From assembly GCA_044226015.1 (NCBI GenBank), contig JBGAHS010000005.1, positions 1 through 64,000 on the forward strand: DNA of 64,000 bases, given 5' to 3'. Positions 49,317 through 61,300 of the stretch are shown here, in pieces (position 1 is the first letter of the stretch; every line of letters starts with the position of its first letter). This stretch comes from Candidatus Obscuribacteraceae bacterium (GTDB taxonomy: Bacteria; Cyanobacteriota; Vampirovibrionia; Obscuribacterales; Obscuribacteraceae). Under the pieces are notes generated by a model that saw only the letters and a list, made by a program, of their open reading frames with translations, did not search any database and was not told where the DNA came from. The translations under genes were made by a program, and so were the position numbers.

Positions 49317-52300
49317 TTGGAGTGTAATGGAATGACTAAGCGAGCTGGTTTCCTTCGTCGTAGTAATAAGAGAGGAGTCAGCAAGAAGACGCTGACAGCT
49401 CTGTCATTGCTGTCACTCTTCGCACAGTGCTCTGCGGCCGAAGCTCAGGTTCACACCGGAGGCGCAACCAGACCCGGTTCGAAGGACAACACTCCATTGA
49501 TTTCCGGTGAAAACTTAACGGGCAGCCAAATTGCCCAACAGCTTAATTCAGGGTCAAAGTATTTCAAGCTTCAGACGACTACACCTATTGTTGGTGATTT
49601 GGTGATTCCAAAAGGTGTGACGCTCGTTAACATGGTGGCCGCTAGTACCTCCATTTTGAACGTCACTGGCAATCTTATCGATTCGGGCAAACTAGTTTTT
49701 CGTGCGAGCAGTCCACTTATAGATCAGGCTAATCTCGCTGCTTCGAATGTTGTTGTAAATCCTGGTGCGTTGATTAGCAGCCTCAACAATCTCAATTTGA
49801 ACATACACGCACTGAACAACATCGTTAATGCTGGTACCATATCTAGTGCGGCCAATTTAAATCTGACGGCCGGTGGTTCGATTGTGAATGCTCTTCCTGC
49901 TGGTGTCACAGGAGCTGCTCCATTGATGCAGGCTGCACAGAATTTGAACCTTATCACTGGCTCTGGAATTATAACGAATTCCGGTGTTATCAGCGCAATG
50001 AGCGGCAATGTGAATATTGCAGCTGTTACGGCAAGTCAGTCATTGAAGATCGACAACGTGCTTGGCAGTATTCAGGCAGCGAATGCCATAAATGTTCGTG
50101 ATGCCCTTTATACAGGTTTCGGCAATCTAAATCTAAGCGGCGGTGATCTGATTTCGCAAACCCTTAATTTGAACTCTGGTAAGGGGACCGTCGATGTAAT
50201 TGCAAACAACATCACTGGCGTCATAAACGTTAGTGCATGCAATGCGCACATTGGTGCTCTAGCAAGCCCAGAATTGAAGCTTGGCGTTTTGAACGTTTCT
50301 GACGACCCTACATATTTCAACACTGGTGGGGATGTTTCTATCAATAGTAATATCAGCACCAATGGCACTGATCTGGCTATTCTCGCGAGTGGAAATGTTT
50401 CTATTAATAAGGCTACGATTGACACAAGTGGTGCTGGCAATGCGGGTAATCTATTGATAGTTGCCGGGGCTGAACTATCCGGTGCAGCAAGCGGACAAGT
50501 TGACAATGACACTACAACCAACATCACTATAGCCAATGGCGCGGGCAGCGGTGGAGGAAGCAAGAGCGGCGGAAACGTGTTGATTGATTCTGCCAGCTCG
50601 ATATCTACGAAAGGATCCAGCAATGGAAATGGTGGCAGTGTCCAGATTTTTGCTTACAGTGGAGATACTAATGCAGGCAGTGTCCAAGTCAATAACAGTA
50701 TTCAAACTGGTGGAAATGGCACTGGGAAAAATGGAAACGTCACAATTATTGCACCCGGTGCAGCAAACGGCGATGCGATAAACGTCAGCAGCATAAGCAC
50801 TCAGGGCAGTACGGCTCTGTCAGCTACAGGAACCATAACTCTGACAGCTGGCTCACCTACCATAACTGGTGGTAATATTTCGGTTTTGAATGGCACTCCT
50901 AGCGGTGGCACATTCATCGCGGGAAGCATTGGAGCAGGGAATATCGTTACCAATGGGGCACTGAGCACTAATGGCTCCGGGGTTCAATTAGCCACCGCAG
51001 GCAAAATCATTGTTGGTGGAAATGTGCAAACTGATGCAGAAGCATCACAGTTTAATCAAAATGCTGGAGCTATAGCTCTTCTTGCTGGTGGCGATATCTC
51101 GGCTAGTGGCAAAACACAACTTGCTTTTACTAGCACCAGTTTCAACAGCGGAGCCGACATGACTTTGTTGGCCGGTGTCGCTCTTTCTGCAGATAATACT
51201 TCTGCATCAAAGGTAATTGCAACTGGCGCATCGTCCACTGGGGGAAACATAGATTTTGGCAATGCCAATGGTGGTCCTGGTGCCACATTCAACACAGCAA
51301 CCGGAAAAGCCACGTTCGGAAATAGTGGTAATTTCCGTGCCATGGCATTTAATGGTGGCATTGGTAACAAGGGTCATATTGAACTTCTTACAGGCGCAAC
51401 GTCTGTCAACACTGGGTCGCCTTCAAATCAAGACTTCAGCGGTTCAATAAATCTGATTGCCGGTGCCAATTCTGGTGTAGGTATTTCATCGGGAAATTTG
51501 GACTCCAGGCAGGGAAATGGAAACCCTAATTCTGGAACCATAAATTTGCAGACTGCAACACCACAAATAACCGCGTCTATCACCTTTACCAACGGAAAAC
51601 CTGGAGCCTCATCTTACTCTGTAGGTACCACCCAAGCATCATCGATTGTTGTTGGTTCTATCACTAGCCCTGGTGGTTCCATAACGGTAAATTCTGGCAC
51701 AAGTACCACACTCAACGGATCTATAAATGTTCTTCCCATTGCTCCATTTAGCGCCCCTAACGTCACATTGACCAGTGTTGGAGCATTGACGGTTCTTGGT
51801 GGCAGCTCTGGGCAGATTAAAGTCAATGGTGCTTTGTCTGGTAGCAACCCGAGTGGCATCATTAATGTCAGTGCTTCAAATATTGTTGTAAGCGGCACTG
51901 GTCCGTGGCTAGTGAATGCTGATGCCCAAGCTGGTACTGCTAATGGTGGCAAGGTTACGATCACGCAAACCGGCTCAGGTGGACTTACTATAGGAACTTC
52001 AACAACAGGCAACAATATTCAGGTGTCCGCGATTGGTGGCACCACAGGAGGCAATGGGGGGATCGTCAACCTCAACAGTGGCGGCAACCTGGTGGTCGAC
52101 CCAGTCGCTGTCACCGCTTCCCCTGCTGGCGTCGGTACTGGCAAAGGTGCTCAGTTCGCCTTCTCTGCGGGCACAGCAGGGTCGGGTAATTTGAACATCA
52201 GTGGTTCTCTCAACGCAAATAGTACAAACACCGGTGATGGTGGCAGTATTAGTTTGACCTCTAACAGCAGTTCGGCGTTTCTTGTTAACGGCAATAAGGT

Positions 52301-55300
52301 CAATTTCGTAAATGGTACATTGTCAGCCAATGCTGGTACCGCAGGAAATGCTGGTTCGATCAGTATATTCAATAATGGAACGGGCGGCGTCACTCTGAGC
52401 AATCCAGCTGATGTCACCGCTACGGCAGGAATTGGCGGAAACGGAGCGAAAATTGACATCGAGTCTGCTGGTCCTGTGACGATAGGCAGTGGTCTTCTCA
52501 GCGCTGACCCACAAGGTGCTGGCGCTGGTGGCAGCATTGTATTAATTGGTTCATCAGTGCTGCTTCCCACTACAGGTGGTGGGCTGCTAGCTTCTACCGG
52601 TAGTGGCACCATCACTGTGCGCGCTTTGACTGCAGCTAATACCAACATTAATACAATTAACTTTCTTTCGGCTAAGTCTATCGAACTTATTTCAGATAGT
52701 GGCAGCTTTACTTTAGGAGCAAACACTATTAATGCCTCCTCTTCGGCGGCTCTGGTGACAAAGAGCAATATTACTTCTCTTACTGGAATCGCTTCTGTTC
52801 CGAACCTGACACTAGTCTCTACTGGAGGAAATATTGGCGTCGATGGCGATACTGGGCGACTCTCAGTTAGTGCAGCTAATGTCACCTTGAAGGCATTTGG
52901 TTCGGTCTGGGTTACGGACAGTTCAGCTGGTGACGGAAACGGTGATATCAACTTCCAAGATTCTGTAGTTGCTGGAACCCCATACGTTAATGGGGCAGCT
53001 AATACATTCTCCTTTTTCGCTTCTGGAATAAGCCCTGGCAAATCCATTAAAAGTGCTGGGGGCGTCGCAATTCTCGCGAATGATCTGGATATCAGTTCTA
53101 CCGGTGGTCTATCTCTGGCTGGTGCTATAACAGTTACGAACACAGCTGCTTTTATTTCGAACGATTCCATTCTTAGCAGCTCGGTAGCATCTTTGAGTAG
53201 CAATGCCGTAGTTCTGTTTGCGACAGGTACAGGTGCTTCAATAGGTGCCGATGTGAACAATCGCGTGACGGTTAAGGCTAGTACAGTGACAGCTAGTGCA
53301 ACTGATGGCTCTGTATTTTTGAAGGTTAACAGCACTGGCGATGTTAGCGGAAACATCAATCTTGTAAATGCAAAGGTTGGGTCCAATCAGATTACAAACT
53401 CTGCTAAAGATACATTCTCGTTATTCGCAATTGGAATCAGTAGTGGGAATGTTCTAGCTAGTGCTGGGGTTTCTGCTTCAGATATTGTAATAACTTCAAC
53501 TGGTGGCATTGCTGGCACTCTCACTGGCGGGAATTCAGTTGCTCTAATCTCGACTAATTCACTTAGTTCTTCCGTTTCTGTTTCAGCACCGAATGTAGTG
53601 TTAGCGGCTACTGGTACTTTAAGCAGTATTGGAACTGACTCTGGGGTGGGCCGATTTAAAGTTAGTGGTGCTACGAACTTGACTTTGAACGCTCCTGGAT
53701 TTGCCTCTGTTTGGGTTACTGATACTGCCTCTGGCAGTGTTAACTTAGTCGATGCAACAGTAGAAGGTTCTTCGTTTACCAACAAGGCAGGGCAGACATT
53801 CTCTCTAGTAGCGAACATTCCTTCAGGTAGTTCGCTTGTAACTAAGGCTGGAGTAGGAGTTACTGCTACAGACATCGACCTGAGCTCGTCAGGCGGAATC
53901 GCTCTTGCTGGTAACACTGTCGGTACCAGTAGTGTTGCTTTGGTTTCTAATGATTCCATTCTGACTTTAACTGGAGTTACGGCACCAATATTATTGTTGG
54001 CTGCGACGGGAAGCAGCTCTAGTGTCGGAACTAGCTCTTTGTCAAGACTGACAGTGAATGCCGAAAGCATTACTCTAAGTGCACCGGCTGGAGTATTTGT
54101 TCGGGACACTTCAGCTGGCGATCTCTTTGGAAACATCAATTTAGTTAACGCTACCGTAAACGGAACAAAATATACCAACAGCTCAAATGGTGTTTACAGT
54201 CTGGTAGCTGACGGCATCGGCATTGGCAATATTGATATCAATGCAGGCTCAACTGTTTCGGGCGATAGTGTCAATTTTACTTCCACTGGCGGTATTGCAA
54301 ATAGTGGCACAATAACAGCTACAACCAATGCAGCATTCGTTTCGAACAATTCCATTACCAGCATAGGAAGTGTCAGCTCATCGTCCCTGACCTTGGCTGC
54401 TACAGGCGTTGGTTCGAAGATAGGAGTTGATGCTAACAATCGACTTACTGTTTCGGCGGCAACTCTGACTGCTTTTGGTAATGCTGTATTCATAACGAAC
54501 ACATCGAAGGGTGACAGCAACGGTAATGTTACGCTGACTTCGGCTTCCGTTAATGGTGTTCTATATGACAATGCGACGGGGGCTGGTGCTTTTTCAATTA
54601 ATGCAAACGGAATTGCCAGTGGCAAAAATCTGATAGTTGCCTCTGGGAAGTTTGTTAATAGCCCCTTTGAAATAGTACTCAAATCATCTGGTGGCGTCTC
54701 TATACAGGGCATACTCAGCGCTAGTGACATCAGTCTTATAAGCAGCGACAGCATCAACAATTCCTCATTGACAGGTTTACTGGGCTGTACGCATCTTACG
54801 CTTGTTGCGACGGGCTCGAAGTCTTCAATTGGGTCGAGTGCTTCTCCGTTGCAGCTTAACCATTCAGGATTGACAGCTCAGGCACTAAACGGTTCAGTCT
54901 TCATTGATGACAGTACCACTGGTGATGGCTCGGGTAATTTGAACTTGCTGAATGCTACGGTTGAAGGCGTCTCATATGAGAACAAGGCTGGAACTACATG
55001 GTCACTGTTTGCTAACAACATAGCGGCTGGAAAATCTGTTGTTTCCGCAAGTGGCGTAAATATCACAGCTCCGGCAGTGCAACTCTACTCAGGAGGCGGC
55101 TACAAGCTTGCGGGTAACATAGTTGCTTCGACCAGTGCTGCCATTACTTGCGATGATTCCATTCTCGCTAGTTCACTGACAGGAAAAGTTACGACTCCGT
55201 CTCTCACTTTGTATGTTTATGATAGTACGAGCGATATTGGCACAAGCAGTGCCTCTCGTCTGACTGTCGACGCAGCAAGTTTGAGCTTGTTTGGGCGAAA

Positions 55301-58300
55301 TGTATGGGTAAGCGATGTATCGGCAGGAGATGCCAACGGCAACGTTAATTTGATAAATGGTACTGCTTTTGGCAGTTCATCCTTTGTTAATAGCGCTACT
55401 GCCACCTATTCATTGATTGTTAGTGGAATTGCGAGCGGACATTCTGTTAAGAGCGCCGCGGGTGTCAATGTCAACGGTGCGGCTGTCGAGTTGCAATCGT
55501 CAGGTGGTTTCTCTATGAGCGGTGACATCACCGCAACAGCTTCAATAGCTCTAGTAGCGTTGGATTCAATTCCTTCTCTCGGGAATGTTTCTGCACCAGT
55601 TGTGGTGCTGGCCGTCACTGGTTCGGGCTCTACTGTAGGAAAGTCCGGAGCTCCACTGTCCATTGACGCAGGTAGCTTTACGTTTAGCGCGCCCAATGGC
55701 GGGTCTGTTCTCGTAAACAATGTAAGTACGGGTGTGATTGCTGCTGTAGATTCATCAGCATTTGGTTCGCCTTACACAAACACTGCCGGTAATACCTATC
55801 AGCTTGCTGCTGGCAGCGCGACGATCGTTTCTATTACGGGCGCTGATGTCAGTGCTGCCAACGTAAATCTAGCATCGGGCGGCGATATGGATGTGACAGG
55901 AGCACATATTAAAGCAAATAATATAGATTTAGCGGCTGGAAATACGCTGACAATAACTGATAATGCAATTACAGCTCAAAGCAACGCGGTCGATGGTTCA
56001 GGTGGTAGCGTCACAGTTAGTGCAGGGTCAATCGTAGGAGCGCTGAACTCCACAATTACTCTAACAGCCAATGGTAAGGATAATAGTAGTTCGCCGGCAG
56101 GAGGCTTTGTAAATGTCACACAAGCTTCGTCATTTTCTGTGGGTTCTGGCAAAGGTGAGTTTACGCTTGCTGCCAATGCAGGACAGGGAGTGTCAGACAT
56201 AGCAAAGGGAGGAAACATCGCCCTTGCTGTCAGTGGTGGCACGGCTAACTCTATCACCATCGACCCGGCTTTCATGAGTCTGAAGTCGGGGAAGGCAGGC
56301 GGCTCGGGCGGCTCTCTGTCGCTGATTTCAACTGGTGCTATTGTATTCCCCACCTCGTCTTCCATTGATGTAAGTGCTAGTGGAACCGGCTCATTCTCTG
56401 GTGGCACTGTGTTAATGTCAGCTGATAAAATCACATTCAACGCTGCGCAAAAACTTTCAATAAGTGCAAATGCTGCAAGCAGTGGTGATGGAGGCTCGAT
56501 ACAAGTCTCGTCGACTGGAGCGGCAAGCAGTCTAAGTGTGGGTAATTCTGCTGGACAGTTTTCTCTCTCTGCTAAGGCTGGCTCTACATCTGGCAATGGT
56601 GGCAGTGTTCAAGTAGTGAGCGGTGGTTCTCTTGTTTTTTCGAGCGTCGGTGTTTCTGTTGATGCTTCGGCAGGAGGAGGAAATGGTGGCAGCGTTTCAA
56701 TGACTGCCACTGGCGCGCTAACTCTGAGTGAATCAAGCTATAACTATGATGGAGTAGGAAATGGCAGCGGTGGTTTCGTACATTTCGAAGGCGGGTCCAT
56801 TAGCAGTTCAAATCTCACGATATCTGCCCGAAGTGGTACGAGCGGCTCGGGAAGCGGCGGAGCTATCGAGTATAAGGTTAATGGATCCAGCGACATAGCA
56901 ATTGATACCCCCACAGGTCTAAACTTGATCGCCTCTGGTGGTTCAGTTGCTTCTATCACCGGTGCCGGTGGCAGAGTAAGCGTAACAACTGCTGGGAAAA
57001 TCAGTGTAAACCCTGCTGCCATAAAGGTTGCTCCCTTAGGCACAAATGGTAATGGTGGAACCATTCAGTTGAGCGGTAGTACTATTTCGAAAGTTGGAGG
57101 CGGTCGGCTTGATCTCAGTGTAGCGGGAGTGGGCGCGGGGAATGGTGGCACTCTAACGCTTACTCAGTCAACTACGTCTGCTCAATCGGTTGGCTCATCA
57201 GCTAGCTCAAATTTCTCCTTGAATGCCAATGCTGGTAGCGGAGGTGGTATCGGTGGAACTATAGAGATAAATACGGGCGGCAATTTGACAGTTGACCCAG
57301 CAGGACTCTCGATTCTTGCGTCGTCTCCAAACACTACCGAGCTTGCTTCTGGAGGGACACTGATATTAGCCTCTGGAGCTAATCTATTCATCTCGGGCAA
57401 TTTGAGTGCCAGTTCCGCTGGGAAAAATGCCAGCAGCATCGGCGGAAGCATTACACTGCAGTCTAAAAGTGCCACAGCATTCCTCATTGGGAACGGCACC
57501 ATCAATGGTATCAAGGGAACGCTTTCTGTGAACGGGGTTTCTAACAATGGAACCATCAATGTAAGCAATAAGGGCGGCGGTGTTAGTGATAATCAGGCGA
57601 GTATGAATGCTCAGTTCATTTTGCTGTCCACCGGAAATAATGGAAATTTGCTTATTAATGGTGCTCTGGGCGGAGCTTCCACCCAACAGGTTACCTTGCA
57701 CTCCAACGGAAAAGGAACTGTAACCAGTGCTCAAAGCATTCAATCTGCTGTTGTTCGTGTAACAGGTGATTCTGGGAACGTGAGTCTAACGAAGCTAAAC
57801 GTCAGTAAGGCTACAGATATCTCAGTTGAAAATTCTGCGAGTTCTAACATAACAATTACAGGTGTTATTGATAAGAGTCAGACGGCAAGTACGCTTACTG
57901 TGTCGGGCATCTCGATCGGAAATCTTGTAAATGTAAGTACTGTTGGTAATCTTGCCGTAGGAAATGTGGTTGGTAACGTCGTAACGTTAAAATCAACCGG
58001 AACAACGAATCAAACTCTGAGTGTTAGTGCCCCTGTCAGTGCTACTACTGGTGATATCATTCTTTCTGCACCAGGAAACATCACGCTATCGGGTAACTTA
58101 AACGCTGCCGGTTCTGTAAAAGTAAACACCAGCTCTGGTGATATTTCCAGCTCTGCTCCTATGAAAGCTGGGGCGAAAGGCTCTGTTGCCCTCGTTGCGA
58201 CTAAAGGCTCAATATCTGCATCAGATGACCTGAGTGCTGGCGTCAAAGTTAGCTTGTCCGCATTGAAAGGCAGCGTAACTTTGGCTTCTGTGGGGCAGAA

Positions 58301-61300
58301 TGCCAGCACTCCAGCATTGGAAGTTAATTCGCTGAACAGCATAGTCAACAACGGTTTGATTACTGTAACCAACACGGTGAGTGAGAAGACTACGGGGACA
58401 AATGCCTCAATCACTGTGAATGAAGACATGCTGGTGACTGCTGCGGCTGGCACACTATTGCTGAACACATCTGGAAGCGGAAGTGATATCAATACTGCGG
58501 TCAATCATGATTTGAGCGCGGGCAAATCTATTTCGATAATTGCTAGCAAAGGCAATTTAGGTATCGACTCAAATTTAGGTTCCAACAGCTCTACCCTCAG
58601 TACCGCAACACTGACCGGGTTGGGAGTGGTGACTGTGAACGGATCTATCTCTGGTTTGAGCACTACCAAGGTTGGTATCACTGCCACCGCCACGACTGGT
58701 GATGTGAACATCGGTAGCGGAGTTGATTTATCTGCCGGCGGGGTCATCTACGCTATTTCTGGTGCTGATGTTTCACTTAATGTTTCATCGAATATTGGCA
58801 GCAACACTGTCCCGTTAGCCCTGAGCGCAAAGACATCGCTAACGGTCGTTAGCCCCTCTCTGGTGAATCTGAAAAATACTGCGGCGGCTTCACCAGCTGC
58901 ACCATTTACTTTGAATAGTTCAAGCGCCGGCTCGTCGTTTAAGTTGTTAGCAACTGGAAGTTTCGTTAGTAAAGGTGTGTCATCTCCAACCGTTGACCTC
59001 ACTGGTGCAAATATCACTCTCGATGGAAACGTGGGCGGTGTCGGCAGCACATCGGTCAGTTTGACCGCGACTGGCACAGGTTCGATAACAAACAAGTCTG
59101 GTGTCATCTCTGTTGATAGCAGTAAAGGTGCGGTGACGTTGAACTCTGGTTCAGGTGCCATTGGTGGCAGCTCTGCCATTCAAGTGAACACACCCGTTCT
59201 GAACATTGCAAGTCTTGGCGATGTGAAAGTGAACAATTCTGGTGCCGCTGCTCTTACGGTCAACACTCCGACTAGTACATCGAAGAGCTTCACAGTCTCT
59301 TCCAACGGCGCTATGGTTATTGCGAGCAACGTTCCTAATGCTAGTAGCATTATCTTGAGCACGGTTAATGGCAATATAACGCTGCAGGGAAATCTTGGAA
59401 AATCAAGCACTACATCTATTAATCTCTCTGCTGGCGGTTCTGGTGCAATTGTTCAAAATGGAAAGACCATACAAGCTGTTGGCGTAGTGCTGGCAAGCAA
59501 CTCGACTGATATCGGTACAGTCGGAACACCGTTTGTGGTGGCAGCAAGTAAGACCATCCAAGTAAATGCCGGGGGAACCGGTAATGTAATTCTTGTAAAC
59601 TCTGGAACGGCTCCTTTGACTTTGAATACTTCTAGTGCGGGTGCATCATTTGATTTCTCTACTGCAAGCAATCTCACAGCGGGGGCGGTTTCAGCAGGCT
59701 CTGGCTCTAGCATAAAGCTGACCACGACAGGAACCAATCACAGCATTTTGATTGCTGGTGCTGTTGGGAACGCTGGTGTCAATAGTATCGAACTGACAGC
59801 TACAGGAACGGGAACCATTACGAAGTCTGGTGCTGCGGCAATTCTCCATTCGGATTCTGTTTCGTTGAAATCTGGTTCGGGAAATATCGGGACTGCCACC
59901 GGCGGTGTTCTAATTGAGGATGCTGCGACTCTCGTTGTGAGTACTGGCGGTAAAGCACTCGTTAATGTTACTGGCACCGTTGATCTAACTTCGAACAATC
60001 TTACGGTGTCAGCATTGTCCACCTTCGGTACTGGTGCTGTTACGATTAGCTCTCAAGCTGGTTTGACAGTTCCCGGCATTAGCACTGCAGGTAATATCAC
60101 TTTGTCAACTACAAATAATGGCGCTTTGACTGTTTCAGGCAATCTCACAAGCACCGCAGCTGCTGGTGTCATAAGTTTGCTGGCGGAAGACGCTGGTACA
60201 ATCACGCAAAGCGGTGTTTCGTTATTCAAAGCTGCTACCATAAATATGAAAACGGGTGCGAATGGAACAATCGGCACTAATCTCAAATCACTGCAAATTG
60301 ATGCGACCAACATAAGTGCCAGCTCGACAGGCACCGGGTTGGTGAATCTGACTAATAATCGCAGCACTGCAACAACGCTTAATTCGTCTAGTTCTGGAAG
60401 TGGCGGTTTTGTTCTCAATACCGCTAGCTTAGTCACTACCATAAAGGGAATCAGTACGGCGCCAGGTGATATAACTCTGTCAGCAAGCAATGGTTCCTTT
60501 GTGATGGGTGGGACAGTAGGCAGTCCTAGTGCTAATAGCATCAACATCACAGCGACTAATGGCAGCATCACTCAAAGTGGTTCCAGTGCCATTCAAGGAG
60601 CCTCTGTAAATCTCTCTGTTTCTGGGGCTTCAAGCTCTGTTGGAACTGCAGCTGCTGTAAATGTGAACACTCCCAGTCTTGCCGCGAGCACCTCGCCTTC
60701 GGGAACGGGCTCAGTTAACTTGAACAATACATTCACGGGAGCAAGCGTGCTTAGCAATTCTAACGCTGCAGCTGCTTTCACTCTGAAGTCCGCTGGAACT
60801 AGTACAAGCTTGAACAGCATTCTGGCTGGAAATGGTTCTGTGGCTGGAAACATCGCTATAACAGCGGCTAAAGGAACTCTGCAAACTTTACCGGGAGCTG
60901 TGCTCGCGTCTACCGGTGGATTCTTAACGCTGACCAATTCTGATAAAACTGCTGGCAACATAATTATTGGAGCAGGCTCGCAACTCTCTACTTCGGGACC
61001 AAGCGGTAAGAATGTGAGCATTTTGATAGGCTCAACAACGACAACAGTTGGACCGGTTCCTACTAACGTTAACTACACTGTTGATGGCAAGCCAGTTTCC
61101 TCTGGTAGTCTGCCTCCCAACACCTTTATTTTTGGAAGCAACGGAATAAACGTAACCAATCAATCTACAGTCGATATGAATGTTCTTGGTGGAGCTAAAG
61201 TTATATTCAACACTGGTACTCGTCCTGCAAGTGCAATCACCGTTGATGGTTCTGGAACCACTACACACACTGTTATCACAGCTGACCCGCCCGTAGTTGT

